The position numbers were made by a program, and so were the translations under genes. A DNA stretch of 43,498 bases from Pirellulaceae bacterium (lineage in GTDB: Bacteria; Planctomycetota; Planctomycetia; Pirellulales; Pirellulaceae): positions 1 through 43,498 of the forward strand of contig JBGTKH010000387.1 in assembly GCA_041744735.1 (NCBI GenBank), read 5' to 3'. Positions 1-7,940 of the stretch are shown here, one piece after another (the stretch's first letter is position 1; the number at the start of each line of letters is the position of its first letter). The notes beneath the pieces are model-generated. The model ran no database searches. It was given only the letters and a program-made list of their open reading frames with translations, and was not told the DNA's origin.

Positions 1-180
1 ATGCTGAACCCTAGCAACCTAACTTCTGTCAATCGCGACGACATCGAAGTGATGCAACCCTCCCCCACGTCCCTGATGCCCTCCGGCCTGCTCGACACGC
101 TAACCCAAGACGAAATCCTCGACCTTCTGGCCTACCTCCGCGCCACCACCGCACCGGCACAAGCGGCGGCAAGCAGGTGA
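1..180 (+). CDS. C-terminal fragment of a heme-binding (cytochrome c-type) domain protein; 5' end lies outside the window
   Basis: Frame 1 is open from the window edge to TGA at 178-180. The translation ...[31 protein letters not shown]... resembles the C-terminal tail of planctomycete heme-binding domain proteins. Confidence 0.45.
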   Translation: MLNPSNLTSVNRDDIEVMQPSPTSLMPSGLLDTLTQDEILDLLAYLRATTAPAQAAASR

Positions 181-266
181 CTTGCCCACATACCAAAACA
201 TCTTCATAATCAAGCGTAGCCATCGTTTGCGGAACGACAATCAACTTTTGCGAGGGCCACGTAGCG

Positions 267-791
267 TTGTTTGCCATCGGCTTCCTATCCGAGTTGTGGC
301 GCGACGTGTTGGCCAGCCTTGGCGCGGCAGGTACTCTCGCCTCCGTCGCAGGGTTGGTTTATGCCATCTACCAAATCCGAAAGACGAAATCCGCGGCAGA
401 GGCGGCGAGAGTTGCATCCGAAGAAACGAGGACACTGAGCCGACAAGATTACCAACGCTATGCCGTCGCCAACGCAGTGCAGTTTATTGGGGAATTGAAG
501 GCATTCGTTGCGGGCAAGGTTTGGGAAAGGGCCTCGCTGCGATTCTCGGATCTCGCCGTCCAAGCGTCGCAAGTTGCCAACTTGCAGCGCCCGAACGATC
601 CGGAAACAGCAAACCAGTGGGAAATACTGGCTGACGAATTGCGGCAGTGGGCACAAAGTTGCGAAAAGGTATTGGCTGGTCAGATAAAATTTCAACAGGG
701 AAAGTGGACGAAGCTTCTTCCGCGGCTTGAGTCCATGTTTCACACGTACCACGGTCCTTTCTCGCTAGATGATCGAGGTGAAAAACGATGA
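267..791 (+). CDS. hypothetical membrane-anchored protein
   Basis: 174-aa ORF with an N-terminal hydrophobic helix (LGAAGTLASVAGLVYAIYQI) followed by a helical soluble part. Its stop overlaps the next start by 4 nt (ATGA at 788-791). GC is lower than in the flanks. No family recognised. Confidence 0.5.
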   Translation: MFAIGFLSELWRDVLASLGAAGTLASVAGLVYAIYQIRKTKSAAEAARVASEETRTLSRQDYQRYAVANAVQFIGELKAFVAGKVWERASLRFSDLAVQASQVANLQRPNDPETANQWEILADELRQWAQSCEKVLAGQIKFQQGKWTKLLPRLESMFHTYHGPFSLDDRGEKR

Positions 792-1183
792 TTTCCGATG
801 ATGAAGTAAGAAAATTCGCGGTATCACTGCTCAGCAAATCCGTCAATAATCAAGTCGCTTGGGAACGTAAGAACATCCCACCAGACGATCCGGATTTCGG
901 CTCGAGGAAGAAGACGTGTTACGCCGTGACGTTTCCAAAATCGGCCATTCAGCTTGAATTCACAAGTCCCTACGCCGAGCCAGATTTCATCTCCTTCGAC
1001 ATCCTTAACGATCGCGGCGAATTCGTACGCCGGTGGAAAGTTACTGATGGGGGTGAAGACTGGAATTTTGTTAATCAATTGTATTTGGACGCAGAACGAT
1101 ACGTCACAAAGTGGGATCAGGTGCGTGACGACCTAAACGCCGCCTTGGCGTCGAGCGGTACGATCGGAACAAAAGCTGATTGA
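788..1183 (+). CDS. hypothetical small soluble protein, translationally coupled to the upstream ORF
   Basis: 131-aa ORF with an ATGA overlap onto 267..791. Composition is protein-like. No family recognised. Confidence 0.5.
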   Translation: MISDDEVRKFAVSLLSKSVNNQVAWERKNIPPDDPDFGSRKKTCYAVTFPKSAIQLEFTSPYAEPDFISFDILNDRGEFVRRWKVTDGGEDWNFVNQLYLDAERYVTKWDQVRDDLNAALASSGTIGTKAD

Positions 1184-1266
1184 ATTGGTCTTTCACAATT
1201 CATTGCTGCTCACGGATTACTCGTGTCGCAGCAATATTGTGAAGGGGAGCCGATGAGATTGTCCTC

Positions 1267-2298
1267 TCACTTTGTGAAGCTCGGTGGTTGTTGATTTGCC
1301 AACCGCGTGAGGGTTTCATCCAAGCGCGCGAGGATGCGGGGGCGGTCGTCGAAGTGACGATGTTGGACGTAGAGCCACTCGAGCCAGTTCATGCCGGAGA
1401 GGAGCACGGTGCTTTCGTCGAAGATGCGCACGAGCGATCGTTCGTTGGGCGAGAGAGGCCGCACGGATTGATAGGCGGCCAAGCCGCGGTGCCAGCGGTC
1501 GGTGTCGTCGGCGATCAGACTGCCCAATAGCCGCGCGATGTCGGCGGCGACCGTTTCGACGCGTAGCGCACCGAAGTCGATAATGCCGCTGACAACGTCG
1601 CCGCTGAACAGCACGTGATCGTGCCAAACGTCGCGGATGCACGGTTGTAGAGGAACGGCTAACCTTGCGGTCGACTCGACTCGCGCGAGCACCGCCGGCG
1701 CTCGGCTGGTGAATAACGCCAACAGCCGTCGAGCACGTGGTTCCAGCGCGGGCCAGATGTGTGGCGTAATTGCTGCCGCGATCTTACCGCAGCCGCTTTG
1801 CAACAATTCCATGATGCGGGCGCGCCGCTCCTGCAAACCGGGCGACGGTTCATGCTGCGGCGAGGCAGCCGGGCACGTTGCGGCGGCTGTGTGGAAGTAG
1901 GCCAAGGCTTGCATGGCCGCGGCCAGTTTCTGATCGCTGGGGGCGCGGTGGTAGTCGGCGGTTCCTGGCAGCCACTGGGTCAACTCCCAAAAGTGTCCAG
2001 CGTGATTGACGAACGTTTGGCCCGCCGTGGTTTCGAACGGCGCGGGGATGAAGGTCAACCCTTGCTCGTGCACGTGACGCAGCACAGCGTGAATGAAACT
2101 CAGCCGCTCGCGCGACGGGTGCTCAACCGGCCAGCGGCGCAGGCATAGTGAACCGGCGTCCGCGGTGACTCGCCAAAAACACGCCCCACTGTAACCGCCG
2201 GCCGAGCCGAGCGACTCGACGGCCCGCGACTGAAACGGAGCCGGATACTCGGCAAGGACACAGTGGGCTTGTTGTTCGAGCGTCATTGATCGGTCCAA
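1267..2298 (-). CDS. phosphotransferase enzyme family protein (APH / homoserine-kinase-II-like kinase fold)
   Basis: 343-aa ORF. A catalytic-loop-like VWHDHVLFSGD is followed by GIIDFGALRVE (DFG-like metal-binding motif), as in aminoglycoside/choline kinase-type phosphotransferases. Confidence 0.7.
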   Translation of the reverse strand: MDRSMTLEQQAHCVLAEYPAPFQSRAVESLGSAGGYSGACFWRVTADAGSLCLRRWPVEHPSRERLSFIHAVLRHVHEQGLTFIPAPFETTAGQTFVNHAGHFWELTQWLPGTADYHRAPSDQKLAAAMQALAYFHTAAATCPAASPQHEPSPGLQERRARIMELLQSGCGKIAAAITPHIWPALEPRARRLLALFTSRAPAVLARVESTARLAVPLQPCIRDVWHDHVLFSGDVVSGIIDFGALRVETVAADIARLLGSLIADDTDRWHRGLAAYQSVRPLSPNERSLVRIFDESTVLLSGMNWLEWLYVQHRHFDDRPRILARLDETLTRLANQQPPSFTK

Positions 2299-2300
2299 GT

Positions 2301-2371
2301 GTACGACGGCCCTCCGAGGCCGTCTGCCGCGAAGACAACGGCCTCGGAGGGGCCTCGGAGGGCCATCGTAC
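2301..2371. repeat. 21-nt-arm inverted repeat (gtacgaYggccctccgaggcc) with an extra tandem ggcctcggagg copy
   Basis: The arms at 2301-2321 and 2351-2371 are reverse complements with one mismatch. ggcctcggagg occurs twice in tandem (2340-2350 and 2351-2361). It sits in the divergent spacer between the kinase-like gene and the metalloprotease gene. Confidence 0.7.
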
Positions 2372-2694
2372 GAAAACGCGCGGCCCGACGGTATAATCGA
2401 AATGCCGGGTATATTCGCGCCGGTTACCCCAGCGGCGTCAACTTTCTTGCCAGACCAAGCGACTCATCTGCGGGCTCGCCCGTGGTCGGAAGTTTTGCCA
2501 AAGCCTAATGTTGCGGCGGAAAGCCGATCCGGGTTCCAGATTGGCTCAGTTTACCTGTTTCGCTGGAACGACAAACTGGGGTATATTTAACGGGCGCTGC
2601 TATGCCACAATACTGCCAGACTTGCCGTACAAACATCCCCGCGGCGGCGATTGTTCGCCGCGATTTCCTTCCGACTTTTTTCGAGAGAGTAACC

Positions 2695-5361
2695 ATGCGC
2701 AATCGGTTCATCACGTTCGCGGTCGTCCTGTCCTTGTTCTCATTAACCGCAATCGGATTCGCAGAAGACGCGGAGAAACAGGAAACGCCGGCCTCACAGC
2801 CCGCCGCAAATTCCTCCACGCCCTCCGCGCCGGCTCACGCGGCCATCCTCAAAGACGCGAAAGAGTTCCCCGGCCTGATCACCGTCTATCAAAAGGGGAC
2901 CAGCCTGTATGCCGAGCTCGGCTCCGGTGATTACTCGAACGAGTACATCGTGTTGATTTCCATCGCCCGCGGCATCAGCCAAGGTCAGTTGCTGGGCGGG
3001 ATGAGTTGGGGCTTCGGCGACGATTGGGTGTGGCAGTTCCGCAAAGTCGATGACCGCGTGCACATCATCCGCAAGAACGTGCGCTTCAAAGCCAACAAAG
3101 GCTCGCCGGAATCGTCGGCCGTGCGAAATGCGTACACTGACAGCGTGCTGTTCAGCTTGCCCGTAATGACCAAAGGCCCGAAAGGCGGCGACCTGGTGAA
3201 CCTGACGCCCGTGTTCATGAGCGACCTGCCGCAAATCGGCCAGACGCTGCCCGGCTTCGGTTTTGCATCCGACAAGTCCACGTGGGGCGCGATCAAGAAT
3301 TTCAAAGACAATTTGGAGTTGGAGGTTGCAGCCACGTACGCGTCGAACGGACAGTTGAGTATTGACTCGGTGCCCGACTCGCGCGGCGTTACGATTCACG
3401 TGCACTACTCGATCAGCAAGTTGCCGCAGACAGGCTACACTCCGCGGATGGCCGATGATCGTGTCGGCTACTTCCTGACCGTCGTCAAAGATTTCTCTAA
3501 GGCCAGCGACCGCGATCAGTTTGTGCGATACATCAATCGCTGGCATCTGGAGAAGGCAGACTCGTCGGCGAAACTATCGCCGCCTAAGCAGCCGATTGTT
3601 TTCTGGATCGAGAAGACGGTGCCGTTCAAATACCGCAAGCCGATCCGCGAAGGGGTCGAGGAATGGAACAAAGCGTTCGAGGCCGCGGGATACGTCAACG
3701 CGATCGAAGTCCGCCAGCAACCGGACGACGCCGAATGGGACCCGGAAGACATTAACTACAACACGTTCCGCTGGATCACTGCCAACGCCGGCTTTGCCAT
3801 GGGGCCGTCGCGAGTGAATCCGTACACGGGCCAGATTCTGGATGCGGACATCATTTTCGACGCCGACTTCCTCACGTTTTGGAAGGACGAATACGAGACG
3901 TTCACGCCGCAAAGCATCGCGGCCATGACCGGCGGTTCGTTGGAGCCGGACGACGAACCGAAAACGCCGTCGCAGCAACTTCTCACGCAAGGCCGCTACG
4001 GCGATTGCCAGTTGAACGAAGGCATGTCGCGGCAATTTGCGTTCGGGGCGGCGGCGCTAATGGCCGCGGCCGACGCCGATGGAACAGTTTCGGCCGAGAT
4101 GCAAGAGAAGCTGATCATGCAGGGATTGAAGGAAGTGACGATGCACGAGGTCGGTCATACGCTCGGCCTGCGGCACAATTTCAAGGCCAGCAAGTACCTG
4201 AACCTGAGAGACATGAACAGCCCCGAGAAGTCCAGGGACGGCATGGTCGCCTCGGTGATGGACTACATCCCGGTCAATATTGTGCCCAAGGGCTGGGAGC
4301 AGGGCGAGTATTTTACCTCGACCATCGGACCGTATGACGTGTGGGCTATCCAGTATGGTTACACGCCACAATCCGGCGGCACGACGGGCGAAGTGTCGGA
4401 GCTGCAGAAGATCGCGGCCCGCAGCGGCGAACCCGCGCTGGCTTATGCTACGGACGAAGACACGCGCGGCAGCGATCCCGATCCGGATTCGAATCGCTTC
4501 GACTTGGGCAGTGACTCGTTGGAGTACGCCAAGATCCGCTCGCAGATCGTTCAGGAATTGCTGCCCGGCATGGTCGATCGCATGACCAAAGAGGGTGACG
4601 ATTACACGCAAGCCCGCCGCGCGTTCAACGTGCTGTTGTCGCAGCATGGGCAGAGCATGTTCTTCGTGGCGCGGTACGTCGGCGGCCTGTACACCAGCCG
4701 CAGCCACAAAGGCGACAAAGACGCCAAGCCGCCGGTCACGGTCGTCGATCCTAAACTCCAGCGCGACGCAATGGCGATGCTGGAAGAGCAAGTGTTGAGC
4801 GAGAAGCCGTATCAATTCTCGCCGGAAATGTACAGCTATCTGGCGTCGTCGAATTGGATGCACTGGGGCAGCAGCACCACAACGCGAAAGGACTTTCCGA
4901 TCCACAGCTACGTCTTGATGTGGCAGGAACGAGTGTTGGCCCAACTGCTGTCGTCTTCAACTCTCGAACGGCTATACGACGCGGAATTGAAAGTGCCGCC
5001 GGATCAGGACACGTTCACGACGGCGGAACTGATCGAGCGGCTGACGAAGGCCGTGTTCTCTGAAGTGGAGACGCTGAAGGACGGCAAGTACACCAACCGC
5101 CAGCCCGCGATCAGCAGCCTGCGGCGTAATTTACAGCGCAGCTACATGAAAACCCTGTCGAGTCTGGCCATGAGTCGCAACACGGCGCCGCAAGATTGCC
5201 AGACGATCGCGTACGCCGAACTGTCGTCGCTGAAGAATCGCATCGACAAGTTGCTGGACAGTAAGATCAAGCTCGACAGCTACACGCAGGCCCACCTGCA
5301 AGAGACGACCAGCCGTATCGAGAAAGTGCTCGACGCGCGGCTGACGCTGAGCAGCCCGTAG
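2695..5361 (+). CDS. secreted zinc-dependent metalloprotease (HExxH; large DUF4953/DUF5117-type family)
   Basis: The ORF is open from 2602. The ATG at 2695 gives a signal-peptide-like N-terminus (MRNRFITFAVVLSLFSLTAIGFAED). The zinc-binding motif is TMHEVGHTLGLRHNF. Length is about 888 aa. Confidence 0.85.
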   Translation: MRNRFITFAVVLSLFSLTAIGFAEDAEKQETPASQPAANSSTPSAPAHAAILKDAKEFPGLITVYQKGTSLYAELGSGDYSNEYIVLISIARGISQGQLLGGMSWGFGDDWVWQFRKVDDRVHIIRKNVRFKANKGSPESSAVRNAYTDSVLFSLPVMTKGPKGGDLVNLTPVFMSDLPQIGQTLPGFGFASDKSTWGAIKNFKDNLELEVAATYASNGQLSIDSVPDSRGVTIHVHYSISKLPQTGYTPRMADDRVGYFLTVVKDFSKASDRDQFVRYINRWHLEKADSSAKLSPPKQPIVFWIEKTVPFKYRKPIREGVEEWNKAFEAAGYVNAIEVRQQPDDAEWDPEDINYNTFRWITANAGFAMGPSRVNPYTGQILDADIIFDADFLTFWKDEYETFTPQSIAAMTGGSLEPDDEPKTPSQQLLTQGRYGDCQLNEGMSRQFAFGAAALMAAADADGTVSAEMQEKLIMQGLKEVTMHEVGHTLGLRHNFKASKYLNLRDMNSPEKSRDGMVASVMDYIPVNIVPKGWEQGEYFTSTIGPYDVWAIQYGYTPQSGGTTGEVSELQKIAARSGEPALAYATDEDTRGSDPDPDSNRFDLGSDSLEYAKIRSQIVQELLPGMVDRMTKEGDDYTQARRAFNVLLSQHGQSMFFVARYVGGLYTSRSHKGDKDAKPPVTVVDPKLQRDAMAMLEEQVLSEKPYQFSPEMYSYLASSNWMHWGSSTTTRKDFPIHSYVLMWQERVLAQLLSSSTLERLYDAELKVPPDQDTFTTAELIERLTKAVFSEVETLKDGKYTNRQPAISSLRRNLQRSYMKTLSSLAMSRNTAPQDCQTIAYAELSSLKNRIDKLLDSKIKLDSYTQAHLQETTSRIEKVLDARLTLSSP

Positions 5362-5370
5362 GCGAAGAAC

Positions 5371-5460
5371 GGGGTCGGGAGTCTTTTTCAATTCTGGCCG
5401 TTGATCGTTAACCGCTGCAAACAGATCAGACTGGCCAGAATTGAAAAAGACTCCCGACCC
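5371..5460. repeat. perfect 29-bp-arm inverted repeat (ggggtcgggagtctttttcaattctggcc / reverse complement) with a 32-nt loop
   Basis: The arms at 5371-5399 and 5432-5460 are exact reverse complements. It lies directly after the metalloprotease stop (5361) and abuts the P-II start region, so it may act as a terminator or a REP-like element. Confidence 0.85.
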
Positions 5461-5464
5461 CTTT

Positions 5465-5827
5465 ATGGAGACGGACGCCGTGAAGATTGTGATCGCGCTG
5501 ATTCAGCCGACGAAATTGCGGGCCGTTCAGGAGGCGCTGGCCAAGGTGGGCGTCGAGCGGATGACAGTCTGCGATGCGCAGGGCTACGGCCGACAGCGCG
5601 GACAGACGGCGATGTACCGCGGCGTCGAGTACAAGACGAACTTGTTGCGAAAAGTTGCCATCGAAATAGCCGTGAACGATGATTTTCTCGACCGCACTGT
5701 CGAGACGATTGCCAACGTCGCTCGCACCGGCCCCGAAGGCAACATCGGCGACGGCAAGATCTTCGTGCTGCCGATGGATGATGTTTTGCGAGTGAGCGAC
5801 GGCACCACGGGACCGGAAGCGGTGTAG
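5465..5827 (+). CDS. glnB: nitrogen regulatory protein P-II
   Basis: VKIVIALIQPTKLRAVQEAL..., a T-loop-like GYGRQRGQTAMYRGVEYK, and a C-terminal GDGKIFVLP motif. The ATG at 5465 is preferred over 5441 because 5441 lies inside the inverted-repeat arm. Confidence 0.85.
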   Translation: METDAVKIVIALIQPTKLRAVQEALAKVGVERMTVCDAQGYGRQRGQTAMYRGVEYKTNLLRKVAIEIAVNDDFLDRTVETIANVARTGPEGNIGDGKIFVLPMDDVLRVSDGTTGPEAV

Positions 5828-5889
5828 GGATTTTTGATTTGAGATTTGGGATTTTGTTAGGTAATAGCGGCACCGAATTTTTCGTCACC

Positions 5890-6252
5890 ATGCCCGGCTT
5901 GTACTTGACCAAGGATTTGATGTTCTCTTCGCGCGTTTCGAGCGCCGCGCGGGCGGCGGGGTTGGACGTGAAAGTTGTGGTGTCACCAGCCGCGCTGCTC
6001 GATCAGGCCGCTGCCGAGCAGATTGACGTCGTGATCGTGGACTTGGACATGCACGGGCTCAACGTACGAGAGTTGGTGCCGCAGCTTCGACAACTCAAGC
6101 ATCCGCCCCGCGCTATCGTCGGCTATGGGCCTCACGTCTACGAACACCTGCTCGCAACGGCCACCGAAGCCGGCTGCGATGAAGTCTTCACGCGCGGCCA
6201 ATTCAACAGCCAGATGGACCAGATTCTGGCCAAGTACCTCAGCGCACTGTAG
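5890..6252 (+). CDS. CheY-like receiver-domain protein, probably degenerate (pseudo-receiver)
   Basis: About 120 aa with alternating beta-alpha character and an Asp-containing strand DVVIVDLDMHGLN at the phospho-acceptor position. The usual N-terminal acidic pair and the conserved Lys are not evident. Confidence 0.4.
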   Translation: MPGLYLTKDLMFSSRVSSAARAAGLDVKVVVSPAALLDQAAAEQIDVVIVDLDMHGLNVRELVPQLRQLKHPPRAIVGYGPHVYEHLLATATEAGCDEVFTRGQFNSQMDQILAKYLSAL

Positions 6253-6262
6253 GTTAGACATG

Positions 6263-6301
6263 CTTGTCCGACCGTTCGAAGCGGCTCGGTTGTCGGACGA
6301 G
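6263..6301. terminator. hairpin between convergent genes
   Basis: cttgtccgac (6263-6272) pairs with gtcggacgag (6292-6301): 10 bp including one G-U wobble. It lies between the stop at 6252 (+) and the stop at 6341 (-). There is no clear T-run. Confidence 0.3.
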
Positions 6302-6340
6302 TAGGTGCAACCTACGGACAGGTCGACCGCCGACATACCG

Positions 6341-7681
6341 TCACGCGCCGCGCTCATCAGAGTCATTTCGCTTCGTCGCGGGCGGGTCCTCCAACACGAT
6401 GTCTTCGTTATCTGAATCACTTGACGCCGACGGTTCGGCGACGCCTGGCACGCCGGCTTTGTCGGGCTTTAGGGGCGGCAGGCCGAACGGCTCTTGTTCG
6501 TCTTCCACAAAGACTTCGTCCAGTTCCGTTTGATCGACGTCGCGCCGCAAGAGCAAATAGATGGCGGTCGCCAGGCACCAGAAGAAGCTGAATGCAAATC
6601 CGGCGGCGATGGCGCGGACCAATCCGTTGAATAGCTGCAGCAAGAAAATGCCGGCTCCGAGCATCCCGTCAATGTCTCGGCTTCCTTCGGCGGCGATGAG
6701 CAATTCCGCCAGCCTCTCATGGCCCGTGCCCCATGACACACCCCAATAACAGAGATGAATCACGGCTTCTGAAAACAGATACACGACCAGCCAACCCACG
6801 GCTCCGAAAGTTACGGCCAGCAGCGCGTAAAACAAATAGTGCAGCGGCCGCTGGTAGGTGTAGGCATAGCTGCGGCTGAGCGCATCGAAGGCGTCGCTCC
6901 CTTCGCTGCTGATCGTGCCCCACATCAGCGGCCAGCCGAACAATAACCCCGTCAACAGCAGCGCCATCAAGAATCCGCCAAGTAGCACCAGCAGCCACAA
7001 CACGCCCGCCACCACGACGCCGAAGTCCAATCGCATCAGCAATCCCAGAAAAAACATCGGCACCGCAATCAGCACGACGCCCAACAGTGGATACAACGGC
7101 GCCGCAAAATACGCGCCCAGTTTATGCGCGGCGTACTTCACCGCGCCCACCAAACCCTCACGTTCCTCGCGCCCCAAATGCATCGCCGCCACACGGGTGA
7201 TCGCGCCGCCGAAGAAGGCCCACACCAACAACGTCCACAATCCGCCCAACAGAAAATACGCGAACTTGGCCAGCGTCCACTGCAAATTGAATAACTGCTG
7301 AAACGGCTGCACCAGCCGCTGGAACACCGCCGTGGAATCGCCGGCGACGGGGAAGAAGACTTTGTCGATGGGATAGGGAAACGTCACTCCATAAGGAACC
7401 GTTTCTGAATTGCCGTCACGCGCGCCAGGCCAGCGACGGTTGTACTCAACAAACTGCAGCAACGCCGCGTCGTTGCGCACGTCGCCACGGACAAACAACA
7501 ACTCACTGCACCGCCATCCCACCGGCGTCAACAGCGCCCCGGCGGTGGCCAACAGCAACAGTGGAAAACTGATCGCCAGAGCGAACGTGCGAAAAATAAT
7601 CAGCCACGGGCACAGATCGTGCCACGAAACATTCCGCAACGAGCCACGGTCGTCCGACATGTTAAAAGTCTCCCTGTGCAT
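6341..7681 (-). CDS. polytopic integral membrane protein, function unknown
   Basis: 446-aa ORF with many long hydrophobic segments (for example FALAISFPLLLLATAGALL and VVVAGVLWLLVLLGGFLMALLLTGLLFGW) and an acidic C-terminal tail. The start could instead be the second Met, at 7660. Confidence 0.7.
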   Translation of the reverse strand: MHRETFNMSDDRGSLRNVSWHDLCPWLIIFRTFALAISFPLLLLATAGALLTPVGWRCSELLFVRGDVRNDAALLQFVEYNRRWPGARDGNSETVPYGVTFPYPIDKVFFPVAGDSTAVFQRLVQPFQQLFNLQWTLAKFAYFLLGGLWTLLVWAFFGGAITRVAAMHLGREEREGLVGAVKYAAHKLGAYFAAPLYPLLGVVLIAVPMFFLGLLMRLDFGVVVAGVLWLLVLLGGFLMALLLTGLLFGWPLMWGTISSEGSDAFDALSRSYAYTYQRPLHYLFYALLAVTFGAVGWLVVYLFSEAVIHLCYWGVSWGTGHERLAELLIAAEGSRDIDGMLGAGIFLLQLFNGLVRAIAAGFAFSFFWCLATAIYLLLRRDVDQTELDEVFVEDEQEPFGLPPLKPDKAGVPGVAEPSASSDSDNEDIVLEDPPATKRNDSDERGA

Positions 7682-7940
7682 GCCTCGCCGCGAAACCAGC
7701 GGCCGGCCGAAACGGTCATCGATGATTGCAAGTTGTACTTTCCGCGGCGCAAACCGACTACCCTACATGCCGAAATCTTCGGGACTTGTCTTGAGCCGTT
7801 GGCACTGGCACACTGGAAGATAGTCAGTTACGCCGCCACGACGGATGCACTTGGATATCCCCTAGGATACTTTGAAGCCACGGCCGGAAGCTTTGCCAAC
7901 GAACCGCTCGAATCACCGTCTATTGAATAGGATTGTTTAT

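Noticed and set aside
7799-7815. tggcactggcacactgg upstream of the first CRTAC1 gene, as a possible sigma-54 site
   Set aside because: It has the TGGCAC half, duplicated, but no TTGC -12 element at the correct spacing.
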